A stretch of 64,000 nucleotides of DNA from Eledone cirrhosa (Eukaryota). Shown here piece after piece: positions 41,850 through 56,570 of this stretch (its first letter is position 1; each line of letters starts with the position of its first letter). Both the position numbers and the translations under genes were made by a program. The stretch spans positions 269,700,001-269,764,000 of the forward strand of contig OZ024740.1 in NCBI GenBank assembly GCA_964016885.1. Reading direction: 5' to 3'. The notes under the pieces are model-generated. The model was not told the origin of the DNA, made no database searches, and saw only the letters and a list, made by a program, of their open reading frames with translations.

Positions 41850-42357
41850 AGTTGACTTTACTAGTTTTGACCTCTTATTTGTGAATGTTTCAATATTATT
41901 GCCTATACACCAGCTGCCTATTTTACAATCACCTTCCTAAATGTTAATATCACTATCTTGAAGTATCTATATTTTGACACCAACAATTATTATAGCAGTG
42001 TACTTGATGTATTTATTTCTCTTTATTTCCTGTTATTCTTATATTTACTCACCAATGATGATACAACAGTTATATATTTGGCTAGAGGTCATGCATATGG
42101 AGAAGGAATGTAGTTGACATAATCGACAACGTTATTTGGCTGGTACTTATTGTATACTCTAGATAGACTGAAAGAGAAGGTCAGCCGTGGGGAAAATATA
42201 ATTCATACCGATTCTACCATGAAATAGTTCTAACAACAGCAACAACAATGATCATCTACAACAACAGCAACAACAACAACAACAGTAACAACAATGATCA
42301 TCTACAACAACAGCAACAACAACAACAACAGTAACAACAATGATCATCTACAACACC

Positions 42358-42429
<72 letters not shown>

Positions 42430-42432
<3 letters not shown>

Positions 42433-42720
42433 TGTTTCTACTTTTGGCACAAGGCCAGCAATTATCCCAGTGTATTACTGGTACTTTATTTTATCGACCC
42501 CGTAAGGATGAAAGGCAAATTTAATAATAATAATTGTTTCTACTGTTGGCACAAGGCCAGCAATTATCCCAGTGCATTACTGGTACTTTATTTTATCGAC
42601 CTCGTAAGGATGAAAGGCAAAGTTAACCTCGGCGGGATTTGAACTCAGATCATAAAGGGAGGTAACTCTATGCTTCAAAGCATGGCGCCCGACCCTCTAC
42701 CGATACTGCCAATCCACCGC
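42430..42720 (-). mobile_element. Two stacked SINE S1 copies attached to (CAA)n(TAA)n
   Basis: Truncated copy 42430-42520 and full copy 42530-42720. Confidence 0.85.
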
Positions 42721-42729
42721 CTAAGTTTC

Positions 42730-43480
42730 TAATAATAAAGGTTTCATTTATTAGCCACAAGGGCCGACATATATGAGACAATACAATAGACGGGGTCAGT
42801 GGGGTTTTTGCACAAAAATCAAGTAAAAAATAGGAAAACAATAACAACCAACAAGAAAAATACAATAATTGTTTCTACGTTAGGCACAAGGCCAGCAATT
42901 ACTCAGTGCATTACTGGTACTTTATTTTATCGACCCCGTAAGGATGAAACGCAAAGTTAACAAATACAATAATGAAAATCCCCAATAACACCCAGGGTTG
43001 ATTCAGGTACCCCACCAATCCTAAACCAGCTGACGCTTCGGGAGCACCCGGGAAGGGTACCCCTCTTCTTCTCAATTTCACCAGCGGACAGGCGCATGAT
43101 CAGAGTAGTCCCTTCCTGACCAAAAGAAGGCGGCTAGTCGATCTTTACTATGTATTCGGCCGATAGCCACAACCGTTCTACACGTGACATCAGTTGTTCA
43201 ACATAACTCTACAAGTCAGTAATGCACGGACACTGGACAAGTGGGTGCAGAACGGTTTTATCGCACTGCGCACATCTCGGGCAGGTCCGTCTGACGACTC
43301 TTCTGTGCCTGTAGAGTTTATCTCAAACCGTCAGTGCCTCCTTGTAGCACTGCCAAACGAGGGATTTTTGGAAGCTAGCCATTGTCCCCGGTTCGAAAGT
43401 CCTCCGGAACAGACTGGTTAGTTCGACTTCGTCGACGCCCAGAGCCTCTCCGAGTGCGTCGTCGCACTTGCCCACCACTA
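42730..43480 (-). mobile_element. Tx1 3' fragment with a SINE S1 fragment nested at ~42865-42960
   Basis: Minus strand GCCCTTGTGGCTAATAAA end; 43180-43470 matches the C-terminal Zn region of ORF2. Confidence 0.75.
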
Positions 43481-43481
43481 A

Positions 43482-44421
43482 TCATTGATGACAACGGGTA
43501 TAAGTACTTACGCACCCTGGAAACGAACCAAATGAAAGAGAAAGAAATGAAAGAACTATTATCAAAGGAATATAAACGGAGACTGAAGTTGCTGTTAAAG
43601 ACAAAGTTAAGTGGTAGGAATAATATACTGACTATCGACACATGGACTGTTGCAATGCTTATGTATAGCGCTGGTGTATGGTCAGTTCGTGCGTGAAATG
43701 CCTGAGACAGTTGACAAAGATAGGGACAGGGAATGGACTAGGAAAATGACTTAAAAGTTGAAACTGAGGCCCTTATTTTTGCTGCCCAGAAACAGACAGT
43801 GAGTAAGAACTATATCAAGATTAACAAAGACGAGTCAGTGAATTCCCCATTTTGTAGGTCGTATGGTGAGAAAGGTGAGACAATAAACCATATTATTAGG
43901 GAATGTAATATGTTGGCCCAGAGAGAGTATAATAAAAGGCATGACAACATTGCCAGATTGGTTTATAGGAAGCTCTGTCATAAGTATGACATGAACAGAA
44001 GTGAGAAACGGTATGACCACAACCGGAAAGGGTGGCTGAAAATGAACAGTATAAGATATTGTGCAACATGACCATCCAATGCGACCATTTTATCGTAGCT
44101 AGAAAGCCGGACATTGTTGTCGTAAAAATGAAGAATAACAAGGCATGCATTTTGGATATTGCTTCACCGTGGGACCACATGGTGAATGAGAAGGAAAGTG
44201 AGAAATTTCAGAAATACTAGGAGCTGAAGAGAGAAATCAGGAAACTGTGGAGAATCAAACTCGTAGAAGTGGTACCGATTGTGGTTGGAGCACTGGGAGC
44301 AGTTAGTAGAAAGCTGGATGTCTGGCTTGAGAAGCTAGAAATTACCACAAGGACAGAATTGTTGCAGCAAACAGTCTTGCTGGGAATAGCCAGAATTCTA
44401 AGAAGGGTGTTGGAAAGTTGA
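43482..44421 (+). mobile_element. R4/Dong-like C-terminal fragment (diverged family)
   Basis: GYKYL, ETEALIFAAQ, ETINHIIREC, KRHD, RKPDIVV...LDIASP, VPIVVGALG, ARILRRVL-stop. Confidence 0.85.
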
Positions 44422-45825
44422 AGTGAAATGAAGAAAAATGGACAAAAGAAATGAACAAGTTAATGATGAAATGCTATTTGAAAGTGAACCAAGAAGAGGA
44501 TTTAGGACATAATGCTAGACATCTGGCTGGATATAGGTATATCTGAACTTTCAGAAAAGAGAAATGGGTGGCTATCAGATCTATAGTTTAACGAGATAAA
44601 AAATGAAATAGAACAGCATGATACAAAACAAACTGGAACAGACGAAACCCAAAGAATACATTAAAATCAAAAGGAAGTATGGGAGATGTCAAATGAGAAA
44701 GATAATCCTAATGCCGAACAAATGGTAAGAAACAATTGATGGAAACATAACAGATAGAAAGAGTTCTATTTTAGAACAACTGCAAATGAATGAGGCCGAT
44801 GAAGAAATAAGAATTTTTATGAACTATTCTTATTACTGATAGTGGATCATATAATGCAAAGCCTCCGAACATTAGAATTATAGATCATAAGAAACTAAGA
44901 AAAGGTAGTCATTGTAGATAAAGTGGTGAAATATTGGTAACAAATTGCTTTGAATGACCTTTTGCTTGTGGCATCTCATGCAGATTCAAACAAAGTAGAA
45001 AAGAATTGAAGCCAGTATGGTAAACAAGGATTGAAGAGAATATTAAAGAATTAAGGATGGATTTGGGTAAGTCGGAGTCCATGAAATACGGGGAGTTAAA
45101 AACAAAACAAACAAAAAACGAAGGAATTGCTAGAATAAAAATATATAGTCGGAAAGAAAGGCTTCCTGGTAGTAATTGAAGAGATTAAACAACGGACAGT
45201 GGTCGCAGCAGCAAAACTGAAAAGCCATTGTGAGAGAATTGAACAATACAGATAAAATCGATTGTTCCAGAACAAATAAGGCGACTGTTTTTTAGAAATC
45301 GGAAGTGGGAGAGAGGGCACAAGATGAATTTTCTGAATCGAAGGAGAGCCAGACATTTTGGAAAGAAATATAAGGAAACCAGTAAAACATAATGAAGATG
45401 CTGAATGGATAAAATCAGTAGAGATGGATTTGAAAGAGAGAGAGAGGGGCGGATGAGACAGCCATAGAGAGGGAGACAGAGAGAGAGAGGGGCGGTTGAG
45501 ACAGCCATAGAGAGGGAGACAGAGAGAGAGAGAGAGAGAGAGAGGAGGGGGGGGGCAGCCTGAGAGAGAGAGTGAGAGAGAGAGACAGAGACAGCAATCC
45601 ATGGAAATCACGACTGAGGCAGTAACAAATGAAGCCGTAAAGGTCCCAAATTGAGGGTCATCTGTCCTTGACAGATTCCACGGACATTGGCTCAAGAACA
45701 TTACATCATTGATGTCAGTCATAACAAGATTACTGAATAAGTGTCTGAAGTCAGGAAATACACCAGAGTATCTATATTTGGTATGATAAGGTTGATTATG
45801 AAAGACAAGGAGAAAGAAGATATGT
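44422..45825 (+). mobile_element. Degenerate R4/Dong-like N-terminal/RT-start fragment
   Basis: KWTKEMNKLMMKCY-like start; IEEIKQR; RLFQN; HGHWLKN...LLNKCL; many stops. Confidence 0.55.
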
Positions 45826-46139
45826 TATACTAATAAAGTACCAGTAATGCACTGGGTGATTGCTGGCCTTGTGCCTAAAGTAGAAACAGTTATACTATAA
45901 TATCGTAACTCCAGAAAACTATTACCTTCGTCCTATTTCGCATCAACGGATATTTTGATGCAATTCTTTCAGATTTACTCCATCTAGTGAATATTACAAA
46001 TTTCAGTGAAATTCATATTTCTAGGATATCTACAAAGATTGGACACTTAAAAGAGGCAGAAAATTGGAACACCGCACCACATAATGGAGCGATACGTGAA
46101 AAGGGATAGTAAAAAGAGCAACAACAATAACAACAATCC

Positions 46140-46410
46140 ACTGTAAGTTCTTTCGGTCTCCATCCAGTGCCATGTTGTTATAGTTCTGGCCACCTCACAC
46201 ACCATGTTTATCTCAACGATATTACAAAGCCTGGTCTTGACGCCGCAGCCTTCCCTTACCAGCTCAAGCCAGTGTGGCTGAACAGAAAGGATGACAAAAG
46301 GCCTGGCGACATGACAAACGTCACCTTCTGCGAGGTGTAGGTCCCTCATCAGGGATGCCATATATTGCGACATCTTCTCCAGCGGCAACCTGGTGCGTTG
46401 GCCTACCAAT
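46140..46410 (-). mobile_element. Degenerate LINE (RTE-like) 3' fragment
   Basis: HVAR-like motif and overall layout of an RTE C-terminus; heavily mutated. Confidence 0.3.
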
Positions 46411-47521
46411 CAGGCTTCGCTGCCCGCTAGGCTGAACAGAGCAAACTGTCAAAGTATCGGCCAATCTTTAATAGGTTTGTGGCAATCAAGACCTCCGGTA
46501 TTCTTCGATCTCGAACCACAGACTTACTCACTGCTATCGAGCTAGAGTTGGCTACCCACAAGTGTGAACTCCACGAGGTGGAATGGTTGCTCCTATGCGC
46601 CTTCCTCACCACCTTGGGGTCTTCTCCACCCTATGAACCCGCTATAGAGGAGGCAGTGATTGATATTAATATATGATTTAGGAAGTAAGTACAGGCCCTG
46701 TGAAGAGTGTGAACTATTTTGGCAGCAGGGCATCACTGACCTCTACCTTGCAAACTACCGACAGGGATTATATACCTTTCTCTTCCTCCATACCTTACAC
46801 ACACTCTCAGATCCCTTGTCACGATATGTCTGGGTGTGTTTTACATGTTGTTTAGGGAAGTAGTATCCCAAACAGTAAGTAATATTGAAACCAACTCTCC
46901 ATCTTGGCTATTTCACCTTAAGGACTCAAAAATCAAATCCTAGATGGTAGGAATCTCTCAGGAAAGCTGGACAGCAGAAGGTCTTCAGAAGAGAAACAAA
47001 CCTCAAGCGAGTGTATCTTACACTCTAAGGGAGAAGAATAAACCCAGGAGCAATAATAAGACCGACTGTCTATCTCGGCTAGTTCAGCTTAAGGAACCAA
47101 ACATCAAATACGATGATGATAGCATTCTGTGGATTCTCGATAAGTAGGAAATCAAAAATAATAGAAACACGATTATTAATTAAAACATAAGATGAGAGCA
47201 TTTGCATTTAGTTTTCATATGGCAATCGATTGTTTTCGATACATACATTCATAAATACAAACACATACACATACACATACACACACACACTCAGACACAT
47301 ATACACACATACACGCACACACACACACACATACACACACACTCACACACACACACGCATATATATATTATTTTATAATAATTAACTCCGTACTTGCACC
47401 ACCAACCACACAATCGAAGACGGGTGAGTTACATTACGTTGAGTGCTCTCCATAATATTACATCGAGGTTGACCATACGGAATGACCAGTTCTATCCAGT
47501 GGTAAACCAACAAACCTAAAT

Positions 47522-47703
47522 AAACAATTGTTTCTACTTTATGCACAAGGCCAGCAATTACCCAGTGCATTACTGGTACTTTATTTTATCGACCCCGTAA
47601 GGATGAAAGGCAAAGTCAACCTCGGCGGAATTTGAACTCAGATCGTAAAGGGACGTAACTATGCTGGAAAGCATGGCGCCCGACCCTCTACCGATACTGC
47701 CAA
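47522..47703 (-). mobile_element. SINE S1, full length
   Basis: Head, B-box, core and tail. Confidence 0.88.
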
Positions 47704-47785
47704 TAATACCATTATATAATACCATAATACCAAACCTAAATAAATAATGCTCCAGGAAATGTTGAGCGCTTTCAGATGTAATAAT

Positions 47786-47890
47786 TGTTTCTACGTTAGG
47801 CACAAGGCCAGCAATTACCCAGTGTATTACTGGTACTTTATTTTATCGACCCCGTAAGGATGAAAGGCAAAGTTAACCTCGGCGGGATTT
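47786..47890 (-). mobile_element. SINE S1, truncated, with 16-bp TSD
   Basis: TTTCAGATGTAATAAT on both sides. Confidence 0.85.
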
Positions 47891-48601
47891 TTCAGATGTA
47901 ATAATGAACAGCGGCACTGACTCCAGTGTACAGCTATCGCCAGCATGGGACTAACTACACACCACTCGGATTTTGGCTGCATTGGGCTTTGTCTACCTCC
48001 CACCTCAACCATGCATTGCTGATTCCCTGTCGTGAATATTCAGACTCCCTCAGACCTCATAGATTCTTCGGGGAGTCTACATATTCTACTATACCCTGTA
48101 TTGTATCGACTGAATTCTCTATCCTATATTTCAGGGCGTTTGGGATTCACATTGAAAATTAAGACTCGAACATACACTAGGTATCACCTGATTCCATTCC
48201 AACTCTTCCATCCTCTATATCTGTATAACCTTGTATTCTCCAACTGCACCTGATCTGTATTTTATTTCTACTCTATTTTGGTTTCTTCGATATGTTCTTA
48301 TATACTTCCTCTTTACTCCCTTCATCACCACCCTAGTTATGACTGCATTTTATTTATGTATTTTACTTATGATTTTATTTATGTATTTATTTATTCGCTT
48401 TACTCTCATTATATACTTATCCTTGTACTCATTAGCACACGACCCTAGAATATTACTCTCTGTACCCTTGTATCTGTTTATCTTTATTCACTCCCCCTAC
48501 CCACCCAAAATTCACACAATATATCACCCGGACTTACTGGGGACTAAATATAGTCTATTTGCACATTTCATCAGATTTTACCACTTTCAACTTCACATCA
48601 C

Positions 48602-48808
48602 GGGTGTGAATAACTAATAATCGTTTGGTACACGTGATAATCCGACGGATGTGGCGGCTTCCCCGACTGTACGCCAGGCGCTCGGGTCGATCAGCATTCC
48701 TAGAGTGCTTGGAAAAATAAATTTCCCCTTCTTTCGGCAAACGAAATTACTCGGAACAGCTGCTTCGCCCTGACTTGGTACCCGCCGCGCCACCGGTTAT
48801 TGACCGCC
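48602..48808 (+). ncRNA. Unknown structured RNA motif, copy 1
   Basis: Conserved blocks and pairings shared with 48895-49115. Confidence 0.5.
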
Positions 48809-48894
48809 AAACAGTACCTTTAAATTCTAAGCTTAATCATAACATTTAACGTTATCATCCCTCCTTCTACTAGCACTTAACTAAATCCCCCACC

Positions 48895-49115
48895 AGTGTG
48901 AATAACTAGTAATCGTTTGGTATATATACGATGGCCAGCCGACGGTGGCGGACTTCCCGCTAGCACACCCGTCGCTTAAGACAGTTAACATTCCTGGAGA
49001 ACTCGGAAAAATAAATTTCCATTTCTTTCGCTAGACGCTAATACTCGGAACCGCTGACACGCCGTTGGGACCCGGGCTGACCGGGGGTCCATAACGTCGC
49101 TGGTTATTGACCGCT
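48895..49115 (+). ncRNA. Unknown structured RNA motif, copy 2
   Basis: Closing helix AATAACTAGT/GCTGGTTATT, strong GC hairpins, pseudoknot pairings. Confidence 0.55.
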
Positions 49116-49665
49116 AAGCATGGGCTTAATCTTTACTCTATATTCTACTCTGAAACTTTATCGTGACTATCTATAATACACTTAAACTTTTTCATAAAAG
49201 CCTCCTTCTGTAAATTCCTTAATCTCATAACATTAAACCTAAGCCTTATTTTTCTAATTTCATCTTAAATGGCATCTTCTAAACCTAAACATAACTTTAA
49301 CGTTTCCAATTGTTAATCGTAATTTCTGTCCATGCATTATACCATGCAGACGCCCACTATATATTACTATATGTAGCTTTGTTGAAGAGATATATGTTCT
49401 TTGAAATAATATTTTTCGCGGCTCTTTCTAGCACGCATGACCAGCTTGACTGTAACCTGATCTTAACGCTGGTCTCTGTCATTGACGGAGGATGGTACTA
49501 CACGATAAGCCTACGCCCCTTCACCAGATGGACATAAGTAGGCTTAATAATCACCACTTGAGGGCGGCCAACCTGGGTATAAGCTGTTAAATGTTCGGTC
49601 ACCCTCATGTCTCTGATTTTCAGCCCCATGGATTTTGTCTATTATATTCCTTTGTTATATTTCAA

Positions 49666-49723
49666 ATACCTGAAGATGTCACCGGATTCATACTGAACCC
49701 GGTCATTGAAATGATCATAGTAT
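49666..49723 (+). ncRNA. Type I hammerhead ribozyme
   Basis: ATAC-CTGAAGA-stem II (ACCGG/CCGGT)-GAAA-T-GATC-A-TA-GTAT, then AATAAA. Confidence 0.75.
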
Positions 49724-49819
49724 AATAAACCTTTTAAGGAATTACACCAGTCCAGCCTCCTGTTATTTTATAATATATATATATATATATATATGTTTAT
49801 AGTGAAAGGACGGTTTGTA

Positions 49820-51532
<1,713 letters not shown>

Positions 51533-51536
51533 TACT

Positions 51537-51578
<42 letters not shown>

Positions 51579-51727
51579 AATGAGAGGTATAGAGATTGTT
51601 TTAGCAAGAAGCTAACGGCATTCTATAACATATATGCGACTATAACGTCAAGATGGGAAAAGTAGTTAACGAAAGATTTAGGAAAAATAACTCAAACTCA
51701 TCTCTATATTTTATCACATATATATAT

Positions 51728-51843
<116 letters not shown>

Positions 51844-52468
51844 TGTTATGCATTCAAGAGGCAGATACATACATCACTACACAACAACGAATGAAAAGTA
51901 TCACAGAAATTTGTAAACAGATAATATATATATATATATATACATATACACACACACACACATATATATATATATCCCTATATATATATATATATATGCA
52001 GTATTTTTCTCTATATTTTATCACATATATTTACCACTGCGATTCTGTGTTTTTTTCTCTCTCTCTTACTGTTCCCCCATTCTCTCTGTTTCTCCCCCTC
52101 TGTCATGTCAGTTAACTCTTCCTCACACTTTCACTCACTCACTGTTTCTCTCTCTTCTCTTCATTTCATCCTGTACACCACGAAGGCTATTTTTCTCTCT
52201 CCGCACATAGCCTTCGCTCGTGTCGGGTCTGTTCTAAAAGCGCTCATATATTCACCTAGCTTATGCTAAACAGAATAATTTTTGAAGCTTGTTTCTTTCC
52301 CCTGGTTAGCCATACTCTTTGTTGTTCTTCTGTCTCACTCGCTTTACGCGTTTTAATTGTCCTAATAACTTATTTTGGTTATTATTGCACCGACGTGAGG
52401 TATGTGATTTTTAATGCAATGAAATATCTATGATCGTCGGCAAATCACTGATGAGGGACTTATTTTAT

Positions 52469-52504
<36 letters not shown>

Positions 52505-52513
<9 letters not shown>

Positions 52514-52685
52514 ACAAAGAAGGTGTGGTAAGATACCAGGTGGACCATAACGCACCAGAGTACTCGATACTTAGGGTAGTAGAGTGGGTAATAGGAAAAG
52601 CCTCAGGACCACGACGCTCCACCCGTTTCAACATCTAGCTGTCGAAACGGCCTGAGTTCAGCCGTCTGGGTTCAGACTCTTTTTC
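52505..52685. repeat. Hairpin family X, copy
   Basis: GAGTACTCGATACTTAGGGTAGTAGAGTGGGTAATAGGAAAA ... GTCGAAACGGCCTGAGTTCAGCCGTC; flanked by (TA)n. Confidence 0.75.
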
Positions 52686-52839
<154 letters not shown>

Positions 52840-52880
52840 ATCTGTTTACAAATTTTGTATGTCTTCAAATTTATTATTAT

Positions 52881-52931
<51 letters not shown>

Positions 52932-54096
52932 GGTGTGGGTGTGGGGGTGTGTGTGTGGGTGTGTGTGTCGGTGGGTGTGTATCGTATATGTATACACACT
53001 CACAATTGATTTCACGGCCAAGTGTGTGTATGCATGTTTGTTTATGGCTGCGTAATCAATTGTTAGTGTATATATATATATACATGAGTTAAAGTACCAC
53101 TGCCCTCTACAGGCCAGTGTGCAGTTCGGTACTATGTGACAGTTATGTTAGGTACAATTGCCCACCAGGCGACAACAGCTCTGGCAACAACACATGTCAT
53201 AACGATAACATAATCAACAATGAAACAGCAGAGGAAAACAGAGACATAACACTAGCAGGAAAATAGAAAGTTTTATATCAACTTGTGACGAGCTTAAGTA
53301 GATTGAGACATATAATTCGTTTGTACAACTTTACCTTTCTGAAGGTTATATTTATAACGAAACTACAGTTGACGATAATTTTTTTTGTTCATAAGTGCTT
53401 CATGAATATGTTGTATTCTTCGGCGATACACGTTACATACGTTAGTTTCCCTTATGTAATGTTTGTCATATTTTGTGATTTATCATTTATATGTTATCGT
53501 GCTGCCAATATCACTCCCTAGGAACCGGATACATTTATATGAAACCATTGTGTTTCGACTGTTTGTATTTGAAAATGCTATTACCTATAAGACGCTAGAA
53601 GCAACCGCAACAACTAGATTGTAATTATTTTAAGCAAATATGCAAATATGTGGTTGTTGATGACGGAAGAAAGACTGGAGAAGCAGATTCTGGAACATAA
53701 AACTTATCAATAACAACATATTAATTCAACAGTCCAATAAAATATACGAGACTTGTATGTGGGTGAATTGAGTAGAAAAAAATAAAACATGGTTATACTT
53801 CCAACAGAATTTTTGCGTTATGTCCATGATAACGAAACACATATTCCAATGGCTCAGTTTATCTGGCTTTGAATAGGTAGCATGCATAGAATACAGTTCA
53901 ACCTACTTTATACAGCGCCACTGTATAAAGTAGGTTGCATTCATATATAAGGTGAAAGTAGTAACAGAAAATATAATTTAGCTGGTGCATGATATCTAGC
54001 TGTACATAAGTAGCTTGCAGAAAGTTGGAGTTATGAGAAGGAAAGAACGGAAAAAAGCGTTTATTATGGAGTTTGTGGTAAGATACGGTATAAGGT

Positions 54097-54483
54097 CAAT
54101 TCAGAAGCTGTCTACATTCCAGAACCACATCATGAGACTTATGACTGGTAAGCGGCTCAGGGACCGTATGCGTATCAGTGAGCTGTTCAACATTACTATA
54201 CTTAGACCAATTACATCGATTGTCAAGTCAAGAATACTCAAACTATACGGCCATATAAAAAGATCAACTCGTGGTGTAAGTAGGTTATGCCTGGAAGGAA
54301 GGTTGGCTGGTAAGAGAAGCAGAGGCCGGCTGTCGAAATGATGGCTTGACAATATCAACTTATTGACTGGATTTGATCTTTGCTCTTTAAACTCTGCTGC
54401 TGGTGATCGAACTTTGTGGAGAGAGAAATCACGTTAATGCGCAGTCTGCAACTAGCGGAGTTAAAGCGTCACAAGAAGAAGAC
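54097..54483 (+). mobile_element. RTE-clade LINE 3' fragment
   Basis: LKLYGHIKR...LEGRLAGKRSRGR...WLDNI; short (GAA)n tail. Confidence 0.75.
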
Positions 54484-54647
54484 GGTATAAAATATAACTA
54501 GGTGAATCGGCTTAACTGGGACAGAGAAGCGGCTTGTTAATTCAGAGAATTTAGGATCGCTGTAAAACCGTTAAAAGTGACAGAAAGAGAATACAATGCA
54601 TCTGTCGTATAGTGGTTAAATCCTTTTGGTGATAAACATTTGCTAAG

Positions 54648-54810
54648 TACTGTATATACACGAATATAAGACGAGGAATATGTGACCAAAATATCGATGG
54701 CAAAATGTGTTGATTATTTACATTGGCTTATAAATGAGGTAAGGACGTTTGCCCATTTGTCAGACATAGAAATACGGGTCGGCTTATTTTTGGATCGGCT
54801 TATATTCGGC
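54648..54810. mobile_element. Probable pogo/Tc2-type MITE remnant
   Basis: TACTGTATATACACGAATATAAGACGA left end; TCGGCTTATATTCG partial right end. Confidence 0.45.
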
Positions 54811-55406
54811 AATCAGCTGACCTTTAGTTTGACGTAGTAAAGATTGCGTATGTGTGTGTGGAGGAGAGAGGGACAGAGAGAGAGAGAGAGAGAGTATGTG
54901 TGTGTTTGTATGTGTGTGTTTGTATATGTGTATTTTTGTGTGTGTATGTATGTGTGTGGGTGTACGTGAGAGAGAGATATTACATGTGTGTTTGTGTATG
55001 TGAGGGTTTTTGTGTATGTATATGCGTGTGTGTTATAACTACATGTTTCCTAAGAACACATTAACAAACATGTCTATCTAAGCATGTCTTCATTAAGCTA
55101 AGAAGCAACAACGTTATCTCTCTTTCTTACAAAGCAAATTAAGTTCCCTTTCATCTTATCATTATTTCACCACCACCATCCCAGTCCACATGCACTGATA
55201 TTAGCGAACATTCACATTATTGTTTTAATAGATTAACCCAGCTTCTTTGAGGCGAATAATACCAACGCCATTTTCATGCTATCCTTGGATTTTGAGAAGT
55301 AGCTGCCCATGATACACTAAAGTTATCTTGCTATGCATTCAAGAGGCAGATACATACCTCACTATACAACACCGAATGAAAAATATCACATAGAAATTTG
55401 TAAACA

Positions 55407-55454
<48 letters not shown>

Positions 55455-55487
55455 CTATAGATTCACACACACACGCACACATACACC

Positions 55488-55525
<38 letters not shown>

Positions 55526-56402
55526 ATCCATTGTTGGTGACAAGCCTGTCATGATACTTGTCTATAGTAAGTATATTTCCCAGAAAACACGATTCCTATA
55601 CCCATCAACTCGGCAAAGTAATGACAATTCCTATAAAGCATTCTGCACACAAACAACAACAAAACGATAGCTGCATGTTTGAATCCAGGAATTAGAAGAA
55701 AGAAATCTAATAATTTGTATAGTCGGCAATCTCGCTTTTAAAAAGACGTTCTCTAAAATCTAAGAATTTATCACAAACTAAACCTAAACCAAGCATGTCA
55801 TTCAATGGGTATTTTTACTTTATAGCTATCTTCTGATAAAATCTAACATCCGACATAATAGACACTATGGTGAATTTGTTTAGAATATTTAAGAGACAGC
55901 TAGAAACTACTGAAAATATGTGAAGTAAGACAAAATAGATAATATGTTATGGGTTTAGTTTTGTTAAATTGGGGTATATTTTTATATTGTAAGTATATGC
56001 ATGATTGAAAGTATGAAATGACATTTTCATTAAATATGTCAAAATATCTGAATAACCTCTTTAGAAAGAATAAAAGAAGATAGTAATAGGGTTATACATA
56101 ATACAAACCACAAACAAAACTAAAAGAAGACCTGTAGGAAATATCCAAACAATTATATTAAGACATGTCTCCATCAATATTGTTTGGAATGTTGACAAGT
56201 GATTGATTGCACTCAATAAATTTGACAATATGGTCAGTTGAGTGTCAAACTTCTTATGCTATACAGATTTTAGGGAAGGTTATGAATGACAAGAGCATAG
56301 GAACTATATCGAACAACAGAAATGACAGCCTGAATAGGTTCTTGAGGAGCACAATCCGATCAGGTTAGGGTCTATGTATAATTTTTTAAATCCCTTGAGA
56401 TA

Positions 56403-56570
56403 TGCGCATCTCCCTTACCGTGCTCCGGGGAAGCGCCTTCCCCATTCTGTCCCCGGGGATGTGGGGACGCCAGCACGTGGGACCCCATTTGCTCATTATA
56501 CGGATAGATGGGGAGGGTCAAGAGTGTATTTTCATACTTGTGACGAATATTGTGAATTCCTATTTATAGT
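56403..56570. repeat. Unclassified GC-rich repeat, copy 3
   Basis: GCGCATCTCCCTTACC...CCAGCACGTGGGACCCCATTTGCTCA...TCAAGAGTGTATTTTCATACTTGTGACGAA. Confidence 0.7.

Larger units (their letters stand above)
47905..49775 (+). mobile_element. Non-coding Penelope-type 3' region/pLTR with duplicated structured RNA motif and terminal hammerhead
   Basis: Ends with hammerhead + AATAAA + short tail into (TA)n; no credible ORF; 5' boundary uncertain. Confidence 0.5.

Noticed and set aside
48604-48807. SECIS element (GUGA...UGA) as found in Naiad-type PLEs
   Set aside because: The best register is a Watson-Crick helix with a G-G mismatch rather than tandem G-A pairs; spacing is too long and there is no upstream UGA-containing ORF
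48602-49115. Group I intron core (P3/P7-like pseudoknot order)
   Set aside because: No P8 equivalent and no recognisable P7 G-binding or P/Q/R/S sequences; kept as an unknown motif
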